From Hydrolagus colliei (Eukaryota): a stretch of 64,000 nt of DNA. The position numbers and the translations under genes were made by a program. This document shows positions 52,861 to 64,000 of the stretch, one piece after another (within the stretch, counting starts at the first letter, position 1; each line of letters starts with the position of its first letter). The stretch covers positions 16,430,001 to 16,494,000 of the forward strand of contig CM068748.1 of assembly GCA_035084275.1 (NCBI GenBank), written 5' to 3'. The notes under the pieces were generated by a model that worked only from the letters and a program-made list of their open reading frames with translations, had not been told where the DNA came from and ran no database searches.

Positions 52861-53454
52861 TTTAGGTCAAACATTTGTGTGGTCAGTTCACTTTCAATGT
52901 CCTTTGAAAGAGCGTCATAAGGCAGGAAGTGAAGTGAGGCAGCAGTGCTCAATTTTGACTGACCTACATGGTGCTGTTAAAGATTAAGAATGCTGTTGTG
53001 ATACCGCAGCGAGGTTGAACTACATCTGCTTTGGGAGAGAACTAACTTCTGTACAACAGAAAATTATTTTGATAAAGATATACTGTATTAAAAAAACTTT
53101 AAACTAGGGTAAAACTTTATGCGTTACATTTGAAGGAAAATGTATGTAGCTACGAGGCTGCAATATACAAGTTCAAACAATACTGACGTCTATAAACAAG
53201 ACATTTATTCCCCACAACTAGACTACAATTGTAATTTGCTGTTTTGCATCCGATGAAATATACACGTAGTCGTTATGTTGAAAGGAAATGCTGAATTCAT
53301 GCTCAGTCTGAACCACTGCATTCATGGTTTCATGCATTTTTAATGGATGACATTCACAAATGTTCAAAAACATTAATAGTTCATTTAATTCCAGAATACC
53401 AGGTGTGTGTTCCTGCTATGTAGTAAATAAGTACAGTATACATTTGAATCTTAT

Positions 53455-53580
53455 TCCCAGTTCCTCCCACTGTCCTGGCCAATAAACCTCAAAATAAATT
53501 TGATCATTCACTTCATGGCTGATTGTGGGACATAACAGTATGCAAATTGTCTGCCCCATTCACCTACAAAATAAACAGTT
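53455..53580 (+). mobile_element. DeuSINE fragment
   Basis: tgtcctggccaat, tgtggga, tgcaaattgtctgcc..cacctaca. Confidence 0.65.
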
Positions 53581-53852
53581 ATTATTAATTAAAACTTCAT
53601 CGCTTTTGCAGAGACTGACCGGAAGAGAAGCACAGCTGGAAGGTAAAATAATGAAGTTGGAAGTGGTTTGCAGGCCAGATGATATCAGTCCCTGGCTGGA
53701 TATGGCCACCAGTTGAACCTGATCTGGGCTGACACTGCTCAATGAAGAAAGTGCATTAAAGTTGATAGTGTCTTTTGAATCAGACATTAAGCAATTAAAC
53801 AATCATTTCCAATGGTTTATGCGGACATGAAATATTCCACAGCACTGTTTCG

Positions 53853-54094
53853 AACAAAAACAACAATTTGCACTTATATAGTAACTTTCCAATAAGAGAA
53901 CAACTTGATTCACTTTACAACAATACGATGGAAGATGTGTGTGGGTGGGGGGAAGTTGGAGATGGGTAACCAAAAGCGAGGTTGAAGTTTTACATAATTG
54001 GGAAGGGATTTGAAAGCAGAAAGAGAGAATGTGAAGCAGAAGTTCTTGGAAAGGATTTCCAAAGAATGAAGGCATAGTTGCTGAAAGCTTACCA
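53853..54094 (-). mobile_element. L2 3' end remnant
   Basis: aacaacaatttgcacttatatag tail; ttccaaaga..ctgaaagc is the reverse complement of AFS..LW. Confidence 0.65.
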
Positions 54095-56134
54095 AAAATT
54101 TAGTTTACACAGTCCGCTGACCAATATCCTCGCTTCATCCAAATTGACCCTCAAAATACAGATGAATTGCTCATTCATTCTATTTCTGCTTGAGCAATGT
54201 TGTAGTCATAGATTAGCAGCCATATTTGTCTACATAATAATCACTTGGAGACATTTCAAGAGAAGGGTGTTTACAGTGTTTCATCAAATGCTAAGTGGTA
54301 CATTTATTGTAGTATTATTTCCATTTTGTGTTGTAGCTTAACAGTGAAAAATACTGCTTCAATCATTTCGCTTATATTTAGCCTGTTAAGCATTTTTAAG
54401 CTTTCAAACACCTTGTAAAGTCACAGCGAAAGAATACCATGCTGGTACCATGTGTGCATTTTACTTCTATACATTTCATTTCACTTGTCTGTGTTTTGCA
54501 TGAGACAATATCCACATTCTGCACCCTAACTTAATACAGTTTGGCATGTATAATACTTAGTTAAAAACTGGTGATTTTGTCATTTTTATGTCCGTATATT
54601 AAAAAAAAACACATCTTCAGCCTGTTTCACAAAGTGGCGATATTGCAGAGCATCACTTCAGAAACTCAAATACAGCACAAATGAATGTGCGTATTACTTT
54701 GCATTTTAACAAACTGGCCTGAATTTATTATTTCATTTTGCAGCTATAATTCAGATATCTGAAACTCCTACAGTTTTTCATTGAAACAGGCTGTCCTGGA
54801 TATCTAAGCAATTGTCTGTTTGCTTGAGCATAGAAACTCTGAGAGTTATGCCACTGAGGGAACACTGCATCATTTTTATATGGACAAGTCAGACTGAAAC
54901 TATCCATTTCCTACAGTTTGCTTTAGTCAACATTACCTTTCAAAATCTGGGAAATGTGCATCCATAAATTATATTTAAAAAGAAACCATGCACACACTGC
55001 TATTGTGTAGCTGAACAAACAAATGCCAGCATTGAGAGCACCAGAGGGAACATTCCCACAAAAGGTGGAACAAAAGAAGCTAAATCATTCTCATGTCAGG
55101 TTTTGCACTCACTCTAGACTTTAACACTGTAGTTAATGCCAATTCTGACTGTGACGTACTGCTACCTAACCTGCAACCTGGTTAATGAAGCGAATGTTGT
55201 TTTAAAAACTGGTTAAGAATGCCATCTTTCTGCATCGGCTAGTAATCACTTCGGCACTGAACAAGGCTCTGAACAGCACTTAAATACAAGCCTGACATTA
55301 AACAGAAGAGATAAATGTTACTTTTGTAATCTGGCAATTAAGAATGCAAAAAGAAGCAAAAACAGACAGACATGTTTGATACCCTTGTACATTAAAAGGA
55401 ATCCATGTGTAGTACAGAGTTATAATTAAGTGATTATGGTCAAAATGATGGACATTAATCCTTGGATTTGTCTTTTGTCAAAAAATCCTATGAAACAGCT
55501 CCTGGTACATTTTGACTTAGTTAAAGGATTATTCTACATTTTTATTATTGCATGTCAAAAGATTAAAAATGTTATCCTTACAACTTTTATTCAATTCAAA
55601 CCCGATTCTGTTTAAGATTAGCAAGAATGTTTCAGGCTTAGATACTGGGAAATAACGATAATTATTTTGGCTGCCGTACAAATATCGCACTAAACATGAT
55701 TGTGTGACTTTTCCCACTGCAGAAAAAGGCTTGCAAGGCTGCATTGGGAAGCAGAGTGGGGTAGTAATACAGTAATTTGAAGCAACAAACCCATCGTCAA
55801 GAGATTTTTAAAAGTCATCAATTGTTCCAATTAAAACAGCACCATCTTCACTGAAAGGTTTTGAGAAAATTTCCCCCCTTTGAAAGAGGGTTTGGTTGGC
55901 GAATTAAAAAAAATACTTTTTCTCTTTCACTTCCATTTGTTTGGAAAACTGTGATACAAATTACTTGATGTAAATCATATTGAAAGGTCCACAGCATTAG
56001 TGTACTAAATACAACACATCTCGGTTAGTTTTTTTATCATGAAGATGGTGCATTTAAAGGTGACCCTTCACATTCTACACCCAACACTCAATACAGCTCA
56101 ACTTGGACTTTCTAGCTGAAATTTCTGTGTATTG

Positions 56135-56305
56135 CTGGGGGAGTGCTGCATTGTTATGATGAGGCATTAAACCAAGATCCATTCTACCTGTCCAGATGGA
56201 CATTTGATACCCTTATGTCAAAATCACTCCAGTTTACTAAATTTCTTGTCAAGCAGTTTGAGAATGCTCCCGACATGACATGTGCTATATCAAATATAAC
56301 AATTG
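56135..56305 (+). mobile_element. DeuSINE, internally deleted
   Basis: gggagtgctgcattgt, gatgaggcattaaacc, cagatggac, tail tgctatatcaaat. Confidence 0.65.
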
Positions 56306-56681
56306 TTTTACCATTTTTACAATGTAGCAGCTCCAGATTAATTGCAAATCACTAATGTGGCTGAGTTAACAACCCAAAGTACCTCAGAATATTGGATATA
56401 CAAAGAGAATTGTTGGTGTAGGAAGCATCTATACTGCCATAGAGATTTGATAGGGATTTCATGATTGTTTGAAGGTGGGGTAAAGTACAGAGGAAGTTTT
56501 ACTCTAATGTGGCTTCACATATCTGGAAAGATTAGTGGTGAGACTGGAGAGTATTGTACCATTTCTCATCTTCAATATTCATGTCATTCATTCATTGGAA
56601 ACTTTGCAGAAGTAAATACAAACCACATATAGCTGTGGCTAATGCGTAAAGCTCTGTGCAGTTATTCATACAAAAATATTT

Positions 56682-57000
56682 AATAATAATCATTGCATTT
56701 GATATAGCACCTTATCACATTGGTAACACATCTCAAAGTGCTTTATGAGATATACTGTACAGCATTATTACTGGATATTTTGTAAGCAAGTGTATCACCC
56801 AATTTGTGCACAGCAAATTTTGATGATTGATCCGACAGGACACAGGCAGAAATGCCATTTTATTTCAAAAAGTGACAAAGGATCTTTATTGGCCATCTGA
56901 AAAGGCAGATGAGACCTCAGTTTAATGTCTTGTCCGACGGATGGCACCTCCAACAATGCAGTGGGATTTTCAGTACTGGTTATAATGTCAAGCCTGGACA
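56682..57000 (-). mobile_element. DeuSINE (SacSINE1-like)
   Basis: ggcagatgagacctcagtttaatgtct..gatggcacctccaacaatgcag Deu domain; tail ttgcatttgatatagcacctt. Confidence 0.85.
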
Positions 57001-57644
57001 ATATCGAAGATACGACAGAATTTTTTTAAATTAGCGGAAGCAAACAGATTTTTGTCTCAGAAGGCTGATTTCTTTTCACAAGAGTTTATTGTGTTTGTAA
57101 TGAGAGTAAATCTGTTGCATGCTTTAGCTTTGCCTGCTAGTCTCCATCAATGATCGGCTCTTCAGATACAATCATTTTTGAGCCAATGAAATTTACTGTT
57201 TGGCTAAACATTATCGTTTGCCAAAAATTAGACTGCAGTCTCATGTCTACATTATCAATCACAGTGTTCTCATTGTTGCTGATTTGACCTACAAGGCTGG
57301 GGAGGAGTGTCAGCGTAGGATTATGGGACTCTCAGATGCTTCAACTCCAAAAAATAGCCTCAGTTTAAAAAATTACATTTCCACAAACTGCAACCAATTA
57401 AGAATTGATGTATAGTATTTGTTTCCTGAATCTAAGAGATGCTTGAATCTAAAATGACCTGCCCATCTCCAACAAGTGTGTCAGAGGTTACAAAAAGTGA
57501 GTGCCCAAAAGGTGACCCCACCGCCCGCACCCCCACCCACCCCCCCCACCCTTCCCCCCACCGAGAATAGTCACAAAAGAGAACAGGTTATTTGTTAATA
57601 ATAATCCTGCATTGCTTTACATCTAACACATCGTCAAGACGTCT

Positions 57645-57930
57645 ATAATAATAATCATCCTTCCATTTGATATAACACTCTATCATATCTTTGTGATGTC
57701 TCAAAGCACATCAAAGCACTGGAAAATGCAGCCGCCAATTTGAACACAGCAATGTCTCACAAACAGCAATGAAGTGACTGACCAATTATATCAGGTGGAT
57801 TGTCCTCTTTTTGAACAGTACCCCAGCACTGATTTGGAGAGCCAGCCTGGATTGTGGATTCAAAGATCCAACATATGGCTCAAGTCCACAATCTTCAGAC
57901 TCAGATTGCTACAACAAAACAGGCTGATAC
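57645..57930 (-). mobile_element. DeuSINE, internally deleted
   Basis: gcagccgccaatttgaacacagcaa..cacaaacagcaatga; agcctggatt; ccacaatcttcagactcaga head. Confidence 0.75.
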
Positions 57931-59009
57931 CTACCGAGTAGAAGATATATAACCTGGGGGTACAAGGTTTTGGAGTTTGAAACCTGAAAAGTAAAAGTGC
58001 TGATAGTGCCAACGTCATTTGAGCTGTGAAGGTTAAATTCCTTTGACGCATTGTGTTAAGACAAACAGTAGGCCTTGAGGATTTAAAACCTTTTACATAG
58101 CAGCATAAGTGGGGGTTTATTAGTAAGGCCATATTATAAAACACTAGTTTTCACATTCCGAATCGATTGCTCAGCTAAGTGGAACTGAACAAATCTGACA
58201 CAGGACCCTTACAAAACGAGCACCAATTTTTCCAATTGTGAACAAGCTGACAAGCTTTTCCTGTGTAAAATCACTTGCCAGTGAGGAAGAGGATAGAACC
58301 AGGCAAGTGCTGTCATGTCAGACATCACTGTCAGGTGAACCATTATTCTGCACTTTAAAAAAGGATTTGTACATCTCCTTTGTTTGCTGCAATTGTGATC
58401 CTTCCAGATCAGCACTAATGACAAGGTGCCAAGCAACTTACAGTATAAAACCTTTTTTTTGCCAAAAAAAAATTTAGCTCTCAAAGGGCAGCCGACACTG
58501 CACAGCTAGCCTCGTGTGAGTCTATGCTTTTAACTATAATGGTCCCACCATTAAAAATATATGGTATCACAATACATGCAAGCGCTCTTGAAAATTATAC
58601 TCTTTTATCGTATTCTGCACATGTGTATGTCAACATTTGTGGCTTGTCCTGTGTATTCACAGCTTCAAACATCTGTTGAGATACAGAAATCAGGGATGAA
58701 AATCTATGGTTCTCAATTATTTCTTGCCATGTAACTCTATTGTGGATTCCTCACCAAAAATACCTCACCATTGAGGTGAGGTATTTTTCAAACAAAAGGC
58801 TGTGTGGGGTAAAAGTAGCTATAATGTGGTTATATTCAAGATGTGGTTCAGTAACCACCGTCACCAAGAGCCTTGGTCATCCAGAGTACCGTGTTCAGTT
58901 TTGGGTACCACACCTAAGGGAGGATATATTGGTTCTTGAGAAGGTGCAGTGCAGATTCACCAGAATAATACCAGGGTTTACATGGTTATATTATCAGCAC
59001 AGATTGCAT

Positions 59010-59480
59010 AATCCACGATTGTTTGTGGGACATTACTGCATGCATTGGCTGTTGTGTTTTGCCCACAAAATATACAGTCAATTCACCTTACAGTATATAA
59101 TCCTTACATTTGATATAGCACTTTTCACGTCTTCTAGACGTCTCAAAGCACTTTACAGAATATACTGTAAAGTGAATTGACTGTATATTTGTGGATGAAA
59201 CACGACAGCCAATTGCGCATAGCATAGCAGTGTCCCACAAACAATCATGGATTGAAATTATCAATTTATTATAGAATCTTTTTTTAGGGAATATTATTAG
59301 GCGTGTGAAGTAAGGAAATTTGCCCAAGGTTTTGCCCTGCCTGGAATTGAACCCAGATCTCTCGCTTGTAAGGCGAGTGCTTCAACCACTGGGCTACAGG
59401 ACTCCACTTCTATAAAACACTTTGAGATGTCTCAAAAACATGATAAGGCACAAAATCAAATGAAAGGTTTATTATTATTA
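59010..59480 (+). mobile_element. 5'-truncated SINE2-1_CM-like copy (pieces 59010-59098 and 59408-59480)
   Basis: gattgtttgtggga..cagtcaattcac.ttacagtata | ttctataaaacactttgagatgtc..(tta)n. Confidence 0.8.
59097..59405 (-). mobile_element. Full-length tRNA-Val(TAC)-derived SINE (SINE2-1_CM-like)
   Basis: A box TAGCCCAGTGG, anticodon arm ctcgc-ctTACaa-gcgag, B box GGTTCAATTCC, tail ending ctatatcaaatgtaagga. Confidence 0.93.
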
Positions 59481-60360
59481 TAAACTCACTCTATTCCCTG
59501 GAGTTTAGAAGGTTGAAGGATGATCTGATTGAGATTTTTAAAATAATGAACGGATTCAATAATATAGATGAGGAAAATTATTTCCTCTGGTGGGAAAATC
59601 CAGAATAATGGGGCATTATCTTAAAAATAGAGCCAGTCATTTAGGGGTGAATTCTGGAGGCAGTTTTTCACCAAAGGATGTTAGAAATCTGAAACTTACT
59701 TCCCCAAAAGACTGTGGGTTCTGGATTCATTTATGCTTTCAAGACTGAGGTGGACAGATATTTGTTAGGTCAGGGTATCAAGGAACATGGAACCAGGGTA
59801 GCTAAATAGAGTTAAGGTACAGATCAGCCATGATCTTATAGAATGGTGGAACATGATCGGGGGCCTGAAAGGCCTGATCCTGTTTCTATGTCATTTATTT
59901 AGTGTTTTGTTGATGCTGCATTTGTGTACTCATTCAAGTTGGGTCACAGAAAGAGATTTATTGGGGGTGGGGTGGGAGGCAGAGAAGAGCGTGGAGAGTC
60001 TTAAGACTATGTGGATGTAAAAAAAGCACATGATATAAAGCTATTGTAGGAATTTAGCATTTGCACATTTAAAGAAACACACCTATCTGATCTAATTAGA
60101 ATCAGACATTCTTCTAGTTTGTCTCGGCAAAATTTAATGACTTTGCAATCTTTTTGTAAAGTCCAAGCTTGAACAGCGAAGTAGATTTTCAGTGAAAAAA
60201 AATGGAAGTAGCTGCAGGGAAGGAGAGCTCCAGTCTGTGATGACCCGGGTTCACTCAGCACCCAGGAGGCAGAGGTGGCTTCATGGTGAGCATGCCTCTT
60301 TACCATTAAGCAGTCAGTGTTGAGTAAAGTTGGTACGTGGCATTGGTCGTTGATCTTTAG

Positions 60361-60715
60361 ATTACAATGGCTGGTGTATCCCAAGATATCCCATATAGGC
60401 TCTTCCATCATACTGAACACACACGCCTATTGAAAAGCTTATTGGGAAATTCTGAGGTGTGGGATGACAGCTGCCAGAAGGCAATACCTGGAATTGTGGT
60501 TTGTGAAGAAACGCTCAAATATCTGGGCTTGGTTTATGTTATGTGAAAAATGATATGCCCAACAACAGAATACTGGAATCAAGTCTGAATCTCTGTGGCA
60601 ATCTTGGTAGTCCAATCCCTGAGCCAGGCAAGAACTTGGAGCAGCAGACCAGTTACTGGAGGCACAGAAATTCTTGTCACTCAATTCTTGGTAAGCCTAC
60701 AGCCAAAGTCCTAAC
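60361..60715 (+). mobile_element. Degenerate L1/Tx1-clade ORF2 (RT C-terminal region) relic
   Basis: Frame from 60361: ..LKSLLG..ETLKYLGLVYVM*..EYWNQV*..ARTWSSRPVTGGTEILVTQFLVS; motif order KYLG..W..W..R...GG..IL...L.S as in L1/Tx1. Confidence 0.5.
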
Positions 60716-60730
60716 AGATTGAATAGTTTG

Positions 60731-60880
60731 ACAACAACAACTTGCATTTATATAGCATTCGTGCGAGTTAGTTTCTTGGAGTGCTTAAGAGTGGTGGAGC
60801 CTGGCGTCAAGCTGGAGAGAGGGGAGTGGTAATTGCAAGTGCGGTTGAAGAGCAAGGCCCTAGTGGGGAAAATGTCCCAG
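60731..60880 (-). mobile_element. L2 3' tail remnant
   Basis: acaacaacaacttgcatttatatagc. Confidence 0.65.
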
Positions 60881-62009
60881 AAAAACAGAAAAAAATATAC
60901 ATAGTCAATTTCAGCTTTCTAAACATCCTGATGTATGTGGATATGCCAATTAATATTTAATAGCAAATGTTCAACAACATTCTCAGACTAAATTCGTGAT
61001 ATAGTTCAGAGGATGGAGCGAAACTAACTTTGAAAAGGAAATGGTAAACTGGAAGCGAAAAACAAATGCACATTGTGTTTGATCCAAAAACATTTGAAAA
61101 CCACAACAGGTCAATTAACATCTGAAAGAGAAAAACAGGTCAAAATTACTGGCCTTTCATCTGAACTCAATAACAATGAGCTGCCATTCACTTTGGATTG
61201 CTGTGGATTTTCAGCATTTCAGTTCTAGTTTCAAATTTCTAATATCCACAATTGTCTTCCTTTTTGCCTGGACAAATTTAAAATCTTGTTACAACATTGA
61301 TTCATACATCAAATTATACTCAACCTTACGCTCTCCAGTTGCCTCACCGTTGAATTGAGGATTCTATCGAAAATAATGCTATCCTTTCAACTTTGTGTCC
61401 AGACAAAAGAAATGCACATCACTCAGTTGCTCAGGTGATATGAATACAGCTAAATGGATCCATAAAATCTGGATTCAAATGTAGCGTGGGCTGGCTCAGA
61501 ATTAATAATGTAATTCCATGGGAAATACAAGTCTCCACAAATGTTAATCTAAAAATGGGAGTGTTCTTTAACTTGGGAGCTGAGATGAAACTTTGTACTA
61601 TCTCTGACCTCTGCTATTTCATTACCTGCAGTAAGGAGTGCTCATTGCTGAAATTGGGTGTGAAGAAGAAAAGCAAGCTTTCGGTCAAACCCTGTGAACA
61701 TCCTGTCTGAACGTAATACTGTACTCAGATCTGTGGGTTATTGCTGCTTTGGGTCCGACCACATTATTGTGGTAGGATAAACAGATTGAAGCAAGATGCA
61801 TCAAAGCTTTGCGCAGAGTTCAGTATAGTAGAGAAACACAGCAATTTTAAGACTGCCAGATTAGCTGGAGGAAAATTATTAAATATAATTTGGGATACGT
61901 ACAAATTCATGGCTGAGCAACTGAACAGAGAAGGGGTAACAACATCTGCATGTGGGTCACTGTCCTGTCTTTTGTTCCTTTTCTTTCTTTGCGGTGAATT
62001 GTGAATTAT

Positions 62010-62145
62010 AATGTGCTGCGTTATGAAAACTATCATTCTTCGGATGAGGCGTTAAACCGCTTCTACTTGATGTTAGTGATCCCATTGTTTGAACAAAGAA
62101 AAGTAAGTATCCCCTGGTGTCCAGGTCAAAAATCCCTCAATCGCA
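62010..62145 (+). mobile_element. DeuSINE fragment
   Basis: ttcggatgaggcgttaaaccg, gatccca, cctggtgtcc..tccctcaa. Confidence 0.75.
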
Positions 62146-62194
62146 ATGCTATGTGCTGTGCTGTTCATGGTGGTGAAGATAAAAATCATAACAA

Positions 62195-62520
62195 GACTTT
62201 ACATTTGATATTTTATCTTTTACACAAGGAAGGACGTCTCAAAGCGCTTCACAGGGTCATACTGCAAAGCATAGTGACTGTATTTTGTAAGTGAACTCGG
62301 CAGTCAGTTTGCTCACAGCAATGTCGTAAAGTGAATGACCAATTTTATTTGAGGGATCGCTGGCCAGGACACCGGAGAAACTCCCTCCGCTTTTATCAAA
62401 CAACACTTTGACGATCTTTACTGTCCTCCTGAATAGGTAGAAGAGGTTGAACGTTTCATTCAAAGGATGGTATCCGACAGCAGCTCTGACAGCGCAGCCC
62501 TCCTCCAGCACTACACTGTT
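62195..62520 (-). mobile_element. DeuSINE (SacSINE1-like)
   Basis: gacgtctcaaagcgcttcaca tail; ttgaggga..tggccaggacaccggagaaactcc; tctgacagcgcagc..cagcactacactg. Confidence 0.85.
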
Positions 62521-64000
62521 GAGTAACTCATCCATTAGTGTGTATCTCCTTCTCTGTTCAGTAAACCACCCATTAATTCGAGCTGAGTAAACAAGCTGTG
62601 ATATATCTGGCGTCCCACAATCCTTTGAGACCTTCCCCCCAAAGTGAACTCCCGTCATGCAATCCTTCTCTTTCAGTTTGAACTTCCAGCAGCTTTGGCT
62701 GTGTTGTTTGATTAGGATTTAGCCTACTGCTGACAGATTGTATTAGGACAGGCCCCTGGCTGTGCCAAAAAGAACAAGCTAAGCAAAGGATTACCCAATA
62801 ACCTCCCACCAATGCAGTCAATCTGTCACTGAGATCAAAGAGCTGCTCAGGAGATGAAACACACTTTCGGCAGGTGCTCAGTCATAAATTCAAGCTAATA
62901 CAAATAGTTAATTAGAATGGTTAACTCCTAGATACTGTAGTTCAAATCATTTATTCCATTCTGTTGAACCTGGATGTGCAAACTGAGTCACAGTACTGTC
63001 AATTGTTACCTCTCCTCTTCCCCCTACCAGACACACACCCACACACATACACACCTACCAAATAAAGAACAGCGCATTTCCTTGTGATCACAAACTACCT
63101 TGTACTATTTGCCTCCAACTAATCGGGCAGCTTATGCAGACTTTACACATGAGCTTGAATCCAACAACTCATGACACCAGTTAAGCCGCAGTACACAAAT
63201 AAAGTGAGAAAGACATTGAAATTGGGACTAGTCAGACTTAGTCGAGATACAGCCTTGGTCTTCACTGAGGCTAGGTCCTTTGGGGTAAAAACACCAATAA
63301 AATCATCTGTGTCCTCAGTACGTTGTCAGTGCATCAAAATGAAAATGAAATTCAAAATGTCATTGAAAATAAAAAAGAACGCTTTTGGCTTTAATTACCT
63401 TTAAAAAGCCTATGAAAGGTATTTTTAGCTCAGGTTTTTAAACGTACATCACATAAAACGTTAGATGCATTTTTCATATCTTTATTAAAAAAGACATTTG
63501 GGCGTTTTTTTAACCTTTGATTCTATACTGCTGTCCTCAGTGGATTATCCCATACTAGTCTGGTTAATATGAATATTATCAAAATTACAAAATATTGTCT
63601 GTAACATGCTTGTTTGTAATTTTGCTTAAGTGGCATTTTTTCACCCTGGCCAGAGACCGTCCTCATTTCTGGAGATAGTCCAGATAGATTAGCAGTGCCA
63701 TAAATGTTTTGCGGGGCTAACAAGACTCACTGCTGGTCAGTCCAGGAATCTATCCAGACTTATGGACTCAGTAGCAGGAATTACATACTGTATTTCAACT
63801 TGCCTCAAAATGTCACTGTGCGGCTTTTTGGGGGTTTCGATACTGCAATGGGTGGAGCTAAATCCAACATTAATGGAAATAAAGTAATGCCTTTTCATCA
63901 TGAAATTTAGGCCTCCAAACTGATATTCAGTGTTGGAAAGTTGGATGCCCATTAAAATCCACGGGCTCCCACAATGACTCAGTGAGGAAGGGCACCACCT

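Larger units (their letters stand above)
58867..59892 (+). mobile_element. CR1 LINE 3' portion split by nested SINEs
   Basis: EYRVQFWVPHLREDILVLEKVQCRFTRIIPG..Y..RLH, resuming at about 59481 with LYSLEFRRLKDDLIEIFKIMNG; CR1 3'UTR cagatcagccatgatct..ggcct. Confidence 0.93.

Noticed and set aside
53612-53642. Possible 31-nt micro-exon (ttttgcAG..GAAG/GTAAAA, RLTGREAQLE)
   Set aside because: Weak donor, frame-shifting length, adjacent to SINE debris, no recognisable peptide
58691-58701. Exact Ac/Ds-type TIR CAGGGATGAAA as a hAT element
   Set aside because: No partner inverted repeat or TSD found
59330-59405. tRNA-Val(TAC)-like sequence (also near 40420-40488 and 16470-16537)
   Set aside because: SINE heads continuing into SINE body and tail; not tRNA genes
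60193-60285. Possible 93-nt symmetric exon (ttttcAG..ATG/GTGAGC)
   Set aside because: Short pyrimidine tract, unrecognised peptide, abuts the probable L1/Tx1 relic
1-64000. Window-wide enrichment of Pbx-Hox TGATNNATKR motifs
   Set aside because: About a dozen found by eye, no more than base composition predicts; only composites with adjacent TGACAG were kept
1-64000. CRISPR arrays, operons or prokaryotic/viral inserts
   Set aside because: No regularly spaced repeats, no gene-dense segment and no compositional break; vertebrate repeats occur throughout

Overview
Non-coding vertebrate genomic DNA, AT-rich and CpG-depleted. The repeat repertoire points to a cartilaginous fish, most likely a holocephalan such as Callorhinchus (inference). 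That repertoire is a tRNA-Val-headed SINE resembling elephant-shark SINE2-1_CM, SacSINE1/AmnSINE1-type DeuSINEs, and L2 and CR1 LINE fragments. I find no host protein-coding exon, rRNA, tRNA gene or CRISPR. Every ORF with recognisable protein similarity is a decayed retroelement fragment. Clusters of old SINE/LINE debris, several nested or inverted, alternate with multi-kb blocks lacking recognisable repeats. Those blocks carry TALE (TGACAG), Pbx-Hox and homeodomain motifs and look like conserved non-coding elements in a large intron or gene desert of a developmental regulator; I cannot name the gene. Notable items: four N-runs of exactly 132 nt plus one of 307 nt, all inside CNE-like unique sequence; a 981-bp Tigger/pogo-like non-autonomous DNA transposon; AmnSINE2-like copies; an L1/Tx1-type RT relic; and several hairpins. 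I see no convincing new biological system. Repeat family names come from recall of consensus sequences, not from a search, and most element boundaries are approximate.
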